Below are positions 10,668-20,003 of a DNA stretch of 64,000 nt, one piece after another. The stretch covers positions 31,291 through 95,290 of the forward strand of contig JANRLX010000027.1 of the NCBI GenBank assembly GCA_033762115.1, given 5' to 3'. The position numbers were made by a program, and so were the translations under genes. The number at the start of each line of letters is the position of its first letter. Within the stretch, counting starts at the first letter, position 1. This DNA is from Verrucomicrobiota bacterium. Lineage in GTDB: Bacteria; Verrucomicrobiota; Verrucomicrobiia; Limisphaerales; SXQI01. The notes below the pieces were generated by a model. It ran no database searches. It saw only the letters and a list, made by a program, of their open reading frames with translations, and was not told the DNA's origin.

Positions 10668-11870
10668 TTAGAACTTGTAGATCACGTTCGCTGCCAGAGT
10701 CAGCGCATCGCGGTCCGCGTCAGTGCCACCGAACTGGCCAGGGCCGGAGAACATATGATCCCAGCGTGCTTCAGCGCGGGTGATCACATTGGCCCAGAGG
10801 CTGTAATCAGCAGTCAGGGTCACAGCTCCGAGTTCATTATCCTTATCAGCCAGGGCGATGGTACCTGCATCGTAGTAGGTGCCGTCATCTCCCTTGGTGT
10901 ATTCACCACGTGCGTTCAGCTTCAACTTCTCAGATGCCTGGAAGGAAACATAAAGCGCAGCGGCCCATGCTTCGTTATCAGCAGCCAAAGCCACTGTTGG
11001 AGCATAACCGGCAGTGACAATTGCCGCACCGTCGTCGCGGAAGTCAAAAGCAGCTCCGACAGAGAGGCCTTCAACACCGGTCGAAAGGGTGGTTCCCAGG
11101 TAATAGCTGGTGACATCCTTCGCTGTTCCAGTGACTTCGCCATCGACAACACCAAGGTAAATCGCAGACCCGGCAAACAAACCGGCCGATTCTGGCAGGG
11201 TCAAAGTGAGCGAACCGAGGTAAGTCTTTGAAGCGTCTGAACTACCGCGGGTGTTGATGCCGCCAGTCCATTCATTGGCAACGCCAGCGCTGACGCTGAT
11301 CATGTCGTTGACATGGTAGCTCAGGAGCACGCCTGTGTGGTGAGTTGGCTCCAGGGCAAATCCGTAAGAGCGGCTGAAGTTCGGGTTATTGCCGGTTTCA
11401 AAAACCTCGTAACCGATGATCGTGTCCCAAACACCCATTTTGATGTCGAGGCCGTTGCCAACAGGAGCGCGCAGGGCGACATAAGCCTGTTTGACTGCCA
11501 CATCATCAGCAAAGGTGGCACCAGCAGTGCCGTTCAGGCGGGTGCCGTACCAGTTTGCGTCAGGCCCAAAGATAAAGTCAGCCTTGTAACCGGCAGACCA
11601 TTGGCCTTCATCAAGCGGCTTTTCAAGCATCAGCTTCACAGCGTGCAAGTTAAAGCCGTCAACTTTATCACCACCATCAAATGAACGGCCAAAAAGAGCG
11701 CCGTTCGGCCCGTCGATCTTCCAGATCGCCGAGGTATCCACATAACCACTCAACGTGGTTGATGAGAGAGCAGTCATCACTTGACTCTGCTCTTCTGCTG
11801 CCTGGGCCGTTGAGGCCAGGCTTACCAAACCGACACCAGCTAAAGCCAGCGTCCATTTATTAAACTTCAT
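10668..11870 (-). CDS. Outer-membrane beta-barrel porin (DUF1597/BBP2-like)
   Basis: Signal peptide, TLSGYVD, KQAYVALRAP, DTIIGYE, NPNFSRSY..EP..HTG, C-terminal IYKF. AGGAGG Shine-Dalgarno upstream. Confidence 0.88.
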   Translation of the reverse strand: MKFNKWTLALAGVGLVSLASTAQAAEEQSQVMTALSSTTLSGYVDTSAIWKIDGPNGALFGRSFDGGDKVDGFNLHAVKLMLEKPLDEGQWSAGYKADFIFGPDANWYGTRLNGTAGATFADDVAVKQAYVALRAPVGNGLDIKMGVWDTIIGYEVFETGNNPNFSRSYGFALEPTHHTGVLLSYHVNDMISVSAGVANEWTGGINTRGSSDASKTYLGSLTLTLPESAGLFAGSAIYLGVVDGEVTGTAKDVTSYYLGTTLSTGVEGLSVGAAFDFRDDGAAIVTAGYAPTVALAADNEAWAAALYVSFQASEKLKLNARGEYTKGDDGTYYDAGTIALADKDNELGAVTLTADYSLWANVITRAEARWDHMFSGPGQFGGTDADRDALTLAANVIYKF

Positions 11871-11962
11871 TCCAGGTTCCTCCTGCAGTGTTTTGTTTGT
11901 TTCGTTTAATGCAGAGACAACCGCCAGGTTGGCTCATACACCAGACGGTGCATTTCGTGCGA

Positions 11963-11991
11963 AAATTAGGAAAAACCCTGATAGGCAGCAA
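11963..11991 (-). promoter_or_regulatory. Putative sigma70 promoter of the porin
   Basis: Minus strand TTGCTG-N17-TAATTT, followed by an ~85-nt leader with two hairpins. Confidence 0.5.
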
Positions 11992-12207
11992 TCTTTTTTT
12001 TCCTATTATCTCCAGTTTTGCGATTGCGTTCCATGAATCAAACTCATTCCTGGGCTCTTTTGTGGGTCAAAATGTCTCTCCGGCCGGCCATCTTGAACTG
12101 GATCATTCCGTCCCTCCACACTTCAATTTCTCAACTCAATAAGCTTCATGGATAAGGATAACTTTTGACTTTGCCCTCCCCCCTCCTCCAATACTTCACT
12201 GGTCATC

Positions 12208-13449
12208 ATGGAACGTTTGCCCGGCTTTAGAGATTTTTATCCCGAACCACTTCCATATCCGGAAGCCTGGAGCGCGGATTTGCGTACTTATATATTCAGC
12301 ACCTGGCGATCTGTGGCGAAACGTTACGGATTCCGCGAATATGATGGGCCTCCATTGGAATCCCTTGAGCTTTTCACCACCAAGAGCGGTGAGGAGATCG
12401 TTGGTCAGTTATATAATTTCATCGACAAGGGGGAACGCGCCGTGGCGTTGCGCCCGGAGATGACCCCAACTCTGGCGCGAATGGTTGCCAGCACAGAACG
12501 GCAGTACAAGAAGCCGATCAAGTGGTTTGCGATTCCCCAATTATTTCGTTACGAGAGGCAACAGAAGGGCCGTCTCAGGGAACATTTTCAGTTCAACGCG
12601 GACATTTTTGGTGAAAGTGGCACCTCCGCGGATGGAGAGCTGGTAGCGCTGTTGATTGACAGCTTGCGGGCATTTGGCCTGACGGAGGAAGATTTCGTGA
12701 TTCGTTTAAGCAGTCGCAATGCCTGGCGCGATTTTTTCGCCAAACATAGCTCTGAAAACTCCAATGAGTATGCCTTTTACCAGGCAGTTGACAAAATCGA
12801 GCGGGATTCAGCTGAGGAAAGTGAAAAAAAATTTGCTGCGGTGGGATTTAAAAGAGAACAGGTCGTTGAATTTATCAATGCAGCCACACCCACCGAAGAA
12901 CTGGCGGCGGTCATTGCAGACCTGACCGCGCGCGGTTTGGGGAATTATGTGCGGATCGATTATAACGTGATTCGCGGCCTGGCTTATTATACCGGGGTGG
13001 TTTTTGAAGCATTCGACCGGAAGGGGGAATTCCGGGCCATTGCTGGAGGGGGGCGTTACGACAACCTTGTCGGCCTCATTTCGGGAGAGAAGGTCAAGCT
13101 GGCCGGGCTTGGGTTTGGAATGGGGGATGTTGTTCTCGCGGAATTATTGAAAAAACGGGAGTTGATTCCACGATTTCAAAGCGGAATTGAAGTTTATTTT
13201 GCCATTACAGATGAAACCGTAAGGGCCACATCACTTTCATTTGTGCAGCAGTTGCGCCAGGGTGGCATTTCCACCGATTACTCCTTCACCCCCGCAAAAT
13301 ATGACAAACAATTGAAACGAGCGATAGAGCTTGGCGCAAAAGCTTTAGCCGAGGTGGTCGGCAGCCAGATTAAAGTCAAGAATCTGGCAACTCGTGAAGA
13401 GCAACTGATGAGTAGCCCGGCATTGATCGAATGGTTGAAGAAAACGTAG
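12208..13449 (+). CDS. hisS: Histidine--tRNA ligase
   Basis: GFRDF, LRPEMT, FRYERQQKGRLREHFQ, RGLAYYTG, GGGRYDNL, plus a C-terminal anticodon-binding domain. Confidence 0.95.
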   Translation: MERLPGFRDFYPEPLPYPEAWSADLRTYIFSTWRSVAKRYGFREYDGPPLESLELFTTKSGEEIVGQLYNFIDKGERAVALRPEMTPTLARMVASTERQYKKPIKWFAIPQLFRYERQQKGRLREHFQFNADIFGESGTSADGELVALLIDSLRAFGLTEEDFVIRLSSRNAWRDFFAKHSSENSNEYAFYQAVDKIERDSAEESEKKFAAVGFKREQVVEFINAATPTEELAAVIADLTARGLGNYVRIDYNVIRGLAYYTGVVFEAFDRKGEFRAIAGGGRYDNLVGLISGEKVKLAGLGFGMGDVVLAELLKKRELIPRFQSGIEVYFAITDETVRATSLSFVQQLRQGGISTDYSFTPAKYDKQLKRAIELGAKALAEVVGSQIKVKNLATREEQLMSSPALIEWLKKT

Positions 13450-13493
13450 CGCGTTTTATTTGGCGGAAACGATCTTTTCGTTACAATTAATCC

Positions 13494-16460
13494 ATGAATC
13501 CATCTCTCGCATGTCGGGTTTGGTTAATTTTTGCATCGGGAATTTTCCTGTTATTTTCAAGCAGGACGGTTTCGGCAGCAGAAGAAGCGAGTGCTCCTGT
13601 GCCATTGAGTGAAGCGGCTGGCCGGATGAATTATCCGGAAGGATTTCGGGTGACGTTATTTGCAGGAGAACCAGATATTGTCCAACCAATTGCCATGGCT
13701 TTTGATCCTCGGGGAAGGCTTTGGGTGGTCGAATGTCTCAGTTATCCGCAATGGACCACGAATCAAACAGGAGGGGACCGGGTCCTGATTTTTGAAGACA
13801 AAAACAATGATGGTAAATTCGATACACGCAAAGTGTTTCTGGAAAATGGACGAAACCTCACCGGGATTGCATTTGGTTTTGATGGTGTTTTCCTTTGCTC
13901 CAGTCCCGAGCTGATTTTTGTTGCGGACAAAAATGGCGATGATTTGCCGGATGGTCCTCCGGAAGCATTGCTGGACGGCTGGAGCATTACAGCCAAGCAT
14001 AATGTTTTTAATGGACTTGCCTGGGGTCCTGACGGCTGGCTCTACGGTTCCAACGGCATCCTGGACACCTCAAAAGTCGGTAAACCGGGTGCTTCAGATG
14101 CGGAGCGAGTGGCAGTCAGTTGCGGTGTCTGGCGGTATCACCCAGTTAAAAGAAAATTTGAAGTTGTCGCGCGCGGTTCCACCAATCCCTGGGGCGTTGC
14201 ATTCGATGAAAATGGACAGGCTTTTGTTGCCAATTGTGTCATCAAGCATCTTTTCCACATGGTCCCCGGCGGACGGTATGAGAGGATGTACGGTCAGGAT
14301 GCGAACCCGTTATCCTTCCATCTGATTCCAAGCTGCGCCGACCACATTCATTGGGCAGGCGGGTTTTGGAAAACTGAAGGGGCGGAACATTCTCAAAATG
14401 ATTCGGCTGGCGGGGGGCATGCCCATTCAGGCGCTTTGATTTACCTGGGAGATAATTGGCCGGACCGCTACCGGGGTCACTTTTTCACCCTCAACATTCA
14501 TGGGCACCGGATTAACAATGACCAATTGATCCGGAACGGGTCTGGATTTTCAGCGAGGCATCGCCCCGATTTTTTAAAGGCCAATGATGACTGGTTCCGG
14601 GGAGTGGCGCTTGCAGCCGCCCCGGACGGATCGGTTTTCATGTGTGACTGGAGTGACGCGGGTGAATGCCATGATTACGTGGATATTCATCGTGAGAATG
14701 GGCGAATTTACAAGATTTTCCATGGTCAGCCGAAAGCCGTGTCTCGAAATGTGGGAGCAATGACGGACAATGAACTGATCAAGCTTCAGCTGGAGAAGAA
14801 TGAGTGGCTGGTCACGGCATCGCGGCTTGAGCTTCAAAAACGCTTTGCCAGCGGAGCGTTGAAACCGGGAGCAGCGGACGCTCTCAAGGAATTGATGCGA
14901 ACGGACAATGATGCCCGACGTCAGCTTCGTTTTTTGTGGGCACTCCATACCATCGGTGGACTTGACTCGACATTTGCGGAACAGGCGTTGAAATCTCCAG
15001 CGGAATATGTTCGGGCCTGGGCGGTTCAGTTAAGCATCGAAAATGGAGCGACTCCAGAGCTTTTGAAACAGTTCGCTGAAATGGCCGAATCAGATCGGTC
15101 GCCGGTCGTTCGGTTATATCTCGCCTCGGCATTGCAAAAACTGGGGTTAAAGGAAGGGTCTCCCATCGCGACTGGCCTGGTGAAACATGCTGGAGATGCT
15201 GCTGACCCGAACCTTCCCTCAATGATCTGGTATGGGATTGAGCCGATGATTTCGAATGAAGCAACGCTGGTCGAACCGCTTCTGCTGGCCGCGCGAATTC
15301 CGCAGGTCATCCGGTATATTGCCCAACGACTGGCCCTGCGCGAACAATTCGCCCCGATCATCACCGCGCTCAAGCTGCGAAATCCTGCGACAGAGGTTGA
15401 ACTGGTTCGCGGACTTTACGATGCACTCAATGGGCGCAGAAACATCACCGCCCCAGTTGGGTGGGAAGATGTAGAAGGTCAATTGCTCAGGCATGGCCAT
15501 GCAGAAACGAGGGAGCAGGCGCTGGGCCTGGGGTTGATCTTCAATCGCCCAGCGGCATTGAAGGAGATGCGGGCTCGGATCATTGATGGGCGGGGCACGC
15601 TGAAGGAAAAACAGCAATCCATTGACGCATTGATCTCTGCGCGGCCTGAAGGGGTGATCGAGTTGCTGCGTTCTGCGTTCGAGGATAAAAATATTCGTGC
15701 CTCGGTCATTCGCGGATTGGCCGCAGTAGAGGATCCTCGTACCCCGGAACTGCTTCTCACAAATTATTCCACCTTCAACACCGAAGAAAAAATCCAGGCA
15801 ATCAACACCCTCTCAACCCGTCCTCGCTATGCGGAGCCATTGCTGATGGCGATGAAGAGCGGAACCATTCCAGTGAGGGATGTTTCTCCCTTTAATGCGA
15901 GACAGATTCTTGCCCACAAGGATGAAAAAATCACTGGTTTACTGAAAGATGTGGTTGGCGAGGTCCGAAGGGTAGGTGAAGAAAAAGCCGCCCAGGTGGA
16001 GGCTTATAAAAAAATGCTTCAGCCAGGATTGCTTCAGCAGGCAGACCTGCGACATGGAAGGCAATTGTTTGAAAAAACCTGCGCTGCCTGTCACACCCTT
16101 TTTGGAGTGGGAGGAAAACTCGCTCCTGAATTAACCGGTTCGCAGCGTTCCAGCCTGGATTATCTGCTGGAGAATATCGTCGATCCGAACGCGGTCGTTT
16201 GGGACATTTACAAGGCCACCTACTTTGAGACAGCCGATGATCGATTGATCTCGGGGATTGTTCTGCGCGAGAATGAAAGTACTGTCACGATCCAGACTCA
16301 GGATAATGTGGTTACCCTGCCCAGGAACGACATCACTTCGCGGCAAAACTCATCATTGTCCTTGATGCCTGAAGGATTGCTTGATCCATTGACTGAACAG
16401 GAAGTCATTGACCTGATCGCTTATTTACAAAGCCCGAGCCAGGTGTCATTGCCCAGGTAA
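13494..16460 (+). CDS. PVC-type membrane-bound dehydrogenase-like protein with c-type heme
   Basis: PEGFRVTLFAGEPDIVQP, NPWG, GGGHAH, HEAT-like repeats, CAACH, SLMPEG. Confidence 0.88.
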   Translation: MNPSLACRVWLIFASGIFLLFSSRTVSAAEEASAPVPLSEAAGRMNYPEGFRVTLFAGEPDIVQPIAMAFDPRGRLWVVECLSYPQWTTNQTGGDRVLIFEDKNNDGKFDTRKVFLENGRNLTGIAFGFDGVFLCSSPELIFVADKNGDDLPDGPPEALLDGWSITAKHNVFNGLAWGPDGWLYGSNGILDTSKVGKPGASDAERVAVSCGVWRYHPVKRKFEVVARGSTNPWGVAFDENGQAFVANCVIKHLFHMVPGGRYERMYGQDANPLSFHLIPSCADHIHWAGGFWKTEGAEHSQNDSAGGGHAHSGALIYLGDNWPDRYRGHFFTLNIHGHRINNDQLIRNGSGFSARHRPDFLKANDDWFRGVALAAAPDGSVFMCDWSDAGECHDYVDIHRENGRIYKIFHGQPKAVSRNVGAMTDNELIKLQLEKNEWLVTASRLELQKRFASGALKPGAADALKELMRTDNDARRQLRFLWALHTIGGLDSTFAEQALKSPAEYVRAWAVQLSIENGATPELLKQFAEMAESDRSPVVRLYLASALQKLGLKEGSPIATGLVKHAGDAADPNLPSMIWYGIEPMISNEATLVEPLLLAARIPQVIRYIAQRLALREQFAPIITALKLRNPATEVELVRGLYDALNGRRNITAPVGWEDVEGQLLRHGHAETREQALGLGLIFNRPAALKEMRARIIDGRGTLKEKQQSIDALISARPEGVIELLRSAFEDKNIRASVIRGLAAVEDPRTPELLLTNYSTFNTEEKIQAINTLSTRPRYAEPLLMAMKSGTIPVRDVSPFNARQILAHKDEKITGLLKDVVGEVRRVGEEKAAQVEAYKKMLQPGLLQQADLRHGRQLFEKTCAACHTLFGVGGKLAPELTGSQRSSLDYLLENIVDPNAVVWDIYKATYFETADDRLISGIVLRENESTVTIQTQDNVVTLPRNDITSRQNSSLSLMPEGLLDPLTEQEVIDLIAYLQSPSQVSLPR

Positions 16461-16463
16461 TTC

Positions 16464-17432
16464 ATGTTAAAAAAGTTAGCTCTGCCCCTCTGCAGAATTG
16501 CCTGGCGTTTTCCGGGAGCGCGATTGGCAACTCCAGAGGTGCCGATAGTGCTCCTCTATCATGAGGTGCCCCGGTCGCGACCGGGAGGGGTGGAAGCGAA
16601 ATCGTTTGAAGAGCATGTAAAATTTCTTCAAAAAAATTTTGAGCTTGTTGCGCCGGGTGATGTCGGCACCAGAAAGTCAGGACGAACACGGGTGATGTTG
16701 ACCTTCGATGACGGGTTCAAAAATAACGCTGAAGTGGTTGCTCCCATTTTGAAAAAAGAGCGAGTCCCGGCGCTTTTTTTCATCAGTTCAAGGCATTGCG
16801 AGAGGGGGAAATATCTTTGGTTCCATTATCTGCGCGGATTGGAACGTTACTTCACGGGCAATGGCTTCAATTATCAGGGTGAATTTTGGGAAATGCGTCC
16901 GGAAAAGCGGCGCGAGACGATGGCTCGTCTTTGGAAACACCTGGTCGAACTAAAGCCTCATCCTGCGGCCATGTACGAAGCGATTGACCAGCAACTGCCG
17001 AAGCTGGGAGATTTTATTCCGCAAAGCACCTTGGATGATTTTTTTGAGGGCATGACTCCGGAACAGGTGGGCGAGCTTGCTTCAGATCCGCTTTTCACCG
17101 TCGGTAATCATACCCATGATCATCCTTATCTCACCCAATGCGACCTGCGGGTAGCTGAGGAGCAAATTCTTCGGAACAAAATCTGGCTGGAAAAACATAC
17201 GGGAAAGCCTTGCGATATTATTTCCTACCCGATTGGGGATTACAACCAGCAGATACTTGAAACAAGCGTCAAGCTCGGTTTTCACACGGGCCATGCTGTC
17301 CAACCTTCGATTGGAAAAGTTCCTGCGATGGAAATTGAACGGCTGGGGATCTACTCAGCCTCGACCGATTTACTTGGATTCAAGGTGACGTATGGGCTTT
17401 TCCTCAGGAAACTGGGACTAAAGCTTGGCTAG
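16464..17432 (+). CDS. Polysaccharide deacetylase (CE4/NodB)
   Basis: LLYH, LTFDDG, NHTHDH, SYPIG. Confidence 0.9.
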   Translation: MLKKLALPLCRIAWRFPGARLATPEVPIVLLYHEVPRSRPGGVEAKSFEEHVKFLQKNFELVAPGDVGTRKSGRTRVMLTFDDGFKNNAEVVAPILKKERVPALFFISSRHCERGKYLWFHYLRGLERYFTGNGFNYQGEFWEMRPEKRRETMARLWKHLVELKPHPAAMYEAIDQQLPKLGDFIPQSTLDDFFEGMTPEQVGELASDPLFTVGNHTHDHPYLTQCDLRVAEEQILRNKIWLEKHTGKPCDIISYPIGDYNQQILETSVKLGFHTGHAVQPSIGKVPAMEIERLGIYSASTDLLGFKVTYGLFLRKLGLKLG

Positions 17433-17434
17433 TC

Positions 17435-18205
17435 ATGCGCATTGTTTTTTATACAAACCGATCCTATCAGCAGGACCCGCTCTTCAATTACATTTACGCC
17501 CATGTTGCCGCGCATTATCCGGATCATCATATTGTAGCCGCCATTCCGAAACGGACAGGAAAACTTTCCCGCCATTTCAAAAAATTCCGGAAGCTGGGTC
17601 TCCTGCAATCCCTTGAGGTACTCTCCTCATACCCGCTTGCGTCCCATTTCCTGAAAAAAGACCGGGCGGAGTTGAATCTCTGCCTCAATGCCCTGGCCCG
17701 ACCACAATGCGATCTTGAAAAAACTCCGAGCGCAACGGTGCATTCGATCAATGGCCCAGATGCCGTTGAAACCATTCGTTCGTTGTCATCTGATATCATC
17801 CTGCAAAGCGGGGCAGGAATTTTGCGCCCACAAATTTTTCAATTAGCCAAAATCGCCACCCTCAACATGCATCACGGGATCGCTCCGCTGATCAAAGGAA
17901 TGAGTTCGATCTACTGGGGGCTTTACGAGGGGAAGCCGGAATGGCTCGGGGCCACCATTCATGAAGTCGATGAGGGTATCGATACAGGTCGTGTGCTGGC
18001 TTATGCGCCGATAAAGCAACAGGGCGATGAACGGTTTCCACAATTATTCTGCAAGGCCACGGAGGAGGGGGTGGTGCAATTATTGCAGGTGCTCAAGCGC
18101 CTGGAAAAAGGAGAGCGCTGGACTGTCCCTTTACCTCCAGGCACGCACGAATATCGCAGCACAATTTCCGGCTGGAAGCTTCTGCGAATCAAACTACGGA
18201 ATTAA
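17435..18205 (+). CDS. Formyltransferase (N10-formyl-THF dependent)
   Basis: LNMHHGIAPLIKG and GATIHEVDEGIDTG motifs. Confidence 0.88.
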   Translation: MRIVFYTNRSYQQDPLFNYIYAHVAAHYPDHHIVAAIPKRTGKLSRHFKKFRKLGLLQSLEVLSSYPLASHFLKKDRAELNLCLNALARPQCDLEKTPSATVHSINGPDAVETIRSLSSDIILQSGAGILRPQIFQLAKIATLNMHHGIAPLIKGMSSIYWGLYEGKPEWLGATIHEVDEGIDTGRVLAYAPIKQQGDERFPQLFCKATEEGVVQLLQVLKRLEKGERWTVPLPPGTHEYRSTISGWKLLRIKLRN

Positions 18206-18213
18206 CAATTCCA

Positions 18214-18588
18214 TTAACCTCCAGCGAAAACCGGGCGAAAACCCGCAGCCTCAAGTATTTTGGCTACTTCAGCCCGTTTATCCCCCTGGATTTCGATCTG
18301 GCCATCCTTCACTGTACCGCCTGTTCCGCAGCTCTTTTGCATCTCCCGGGCGAGCTTTTCCTTTTCTGGAAGACCAATGCCCATAAAATTTTTCACCACG
18401 GTCACTGTTTTTCCTCCCCGGCCAGCTTTCTGCCGCACAATGTCAACTCGGCCTCGATTTTTCCGGGGACGGTCAGATGCGAGTTCCTGTGGCGAACTGT
18501 CCACAGGACCAGGCGGCAATCCTTCACTGCTTAATGCAGCAAAAGGATTAACTTCAAAACTGCCATTGCTCTGATCCTTGGGAATCAT
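18214..18588 (-). CDS. yciH: Translation initiation factor SUI1 family protein
   Basis: NPFAAL, GRGGKTVT, CGTGGTVKDGQIEIQGD. Start placed at ATG 18588. Confidence 0.9.
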   Translation of the reverse strand: MIPKDQSNGSFEVNPFAALSSEGLPPGPVDSSPQELASDRPRKNRGRVDIVRQKAGRGGKTVTVVKNFMGIGLPEKEKLAREMQKSCGTGGTVKDGQIEIQGDKRAEVAKILEAAGFRPVFAGG

Positions 18589-18762
18589 GCCATTCAATTT
18601 AAGGCAGCATAATCGGAGCGCCAGCCTCAAGTGGATAACTGAAAGTGGGCGATTCGGGGGTGAAAGCTGGCCCGAATTATGCTAAGTTTTCAGTGGGGTA
18701 ATGGGTGAAAAATTCTTAAAATTTTTCTTTACAGTCGTGTGACTTTTTCTTACCGTTGAACC

Positions 18763-18866
18763 GTCTTAAACGACAATCATTCTTCTTATTGCCTTTAGCG
18801 AATGATTCTGTAAGTCGTGCAATGCGCCTTACGTAAAACGGCCCCGCAAGGGGCCGTTTTATTTTG
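18763..18866 (+). ncRNA. Candidate small non-coding RNA of unknown family
   Basis: TTTACA(18728-33)-N17-TACCGT(18751-56) promoter-like site. Hairpins aatcattc/gaatgatt and gtaag/cttac are followed by a terminator. No ORF longer than 4 codons starts at an ATG. Confidence 0.45.
18834..18861. terminator. Bidirectional intrinsic terminator
   Basis: taaaacggcccc-gcaa-ggggccgtttta, a perfect 12-bp stem with a GNRA loop and T-runs on both strands. Confidence 0.9.
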
Positions 18867-18895
18867 CTCGTTATTCTTATGTAAGTCGTTCCACA

Positions 18896-19996
18896 TTAGC
18901 ATTTAAGGCTTTTCACTATCCGTGCGAGTTGTCGCAATTGACGTTCAGGGTCACACAGTTGAATTGCGCGTTGGTATCCGGCCTGACCCAGCCGCTGACG
19001 GCGAACGGAATCCTCCAATAACTCCTTGATTGCACTCCTTAACGCTGGGAGATCACCGGATGGAACCAACATGGCATTATGTTCATCCAATAATTCCAGT
19101 GCTCCGCCAATCCGTGAGGTAATGATTGGAAGAGAAGCGAGTGCTGCTTCAACAAAAACAATACTGAATCCTTCTCCGGCTATATTCGGTTGGCAAAAGA
19201 GGTCGGCAGCGGTCATCAGGGAGGCAATATCTGAACGGTGCCCCAGGAACCGGACCCGTTCCCCGAGACCGTGTTTAACGCAAAGAGCGCCAAGATACTG
19301 GAAATACTGACGCTCCTGGTCTGTGGCAGGTCCTCCCGCGATCCAGGCTACCCACGGTTTTGAACTCTTGAGATCGGCAAGGGCTTGAAGCAGTTGCTCA
19401 TGACCTTTCCACGGTTCCATTCGACTGGCCTGTAGAATCACATTGGTTTCTTCCGGGGTGGAGAGTTCCCGGCGGAGGCGGGCGCGCGTTTCTGCGCGGT
19501 TCAACGAGGGCCGCGCAACCGGGGCATAAAAGAGTTCGGTTCGAACGTCGCGGAAAATCTTCGGGACAGATGCAACTGTTTCCTGGCTGACGGCCAATAC
19601 AAGATCTGGTTTGTGGCGCTGGCCAAGATGATGGATCAACGTTTTCTTTACAAAAGGGATATGCATCCAAAAAATGAGAGGGAGCCTGCTGCGTTTGGCA
19701 ATTGCTCCAAAAAGGGCGAGTGACCAAAAGGAATGAACAATCAGCGCGTCAGGCTGAAGGGTGGAAAGCAGAGTGCGAAGTGATTGCCGGGTTCGCCATA
19801 CTGAGAGAGGATTGCGCAGTTGCGCAGGCTTTAATCGATGGACCGGAGCGCCACGGGATTGCAAGTCCCCGGCAAGTTGAGCTTCCCAGCAGAGAGCGAA
19901 GTGGTGCTCCAGTCCGTGGGAGTGGAGCGGCAATGTAAGAAGGATGCGTTCAATCCCCCCAAACAAATTCCCACTATGAAGATGCAGGATTCGCAT
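18896..19996 (-). CDS. Glycosyltransferase family 4
   Basis: GGIE, SRMEPWKG, RFLGHRSD, EGFSIVFVEA. Confidence 0.92.
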   Translation of the reverse strand: MRILHLHSGNLFGGIERILLTLPLHSHGLEHHFALCWEAQLAGDLQSRGAPVHRLKPAQLRNPLSVWRTRQSLRTLLSTLQPDALIVHSFWSLALFGAIAKRSRLPLIFWMHIPFVKKTLIHHLGQRHKPDLVLAVSQETVASVPKIFRDVRTELFYAPVARPSLNRAETRARLRRELSTPEETNVILQASRMEPWKGHEQLLQALADLKSSKPWVAWIAGGPATDQERQYFQYLGALCVKHGLGERVRFLGHRSDIASLMTAADLFCQPNIAGEGFSIVFVEAALASLPIITSRIGGALELLDEHNAMLVPSGDLPALRSAIKELLEDSVRRQRLGQAGYQRAIQLCDPERQLRQLARIVKSLKC

Positions 19997-20003
19997 TCAA
20001 TTA

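Noticed and set aside
12208..13449. Alternative call HisZ
   Set aside because: Histidine-binding motifs and the C-terminal anticodon-binding domain are present, which favours HisS.
18630..18639. DnaA-box-like agtggataac (reverse TTATCCACT) and half parS-like gttccac near 18888
   Set aside because: Single imperfect sites with no cluster and no dnaA/par genes; insufficient for oriC or parS.
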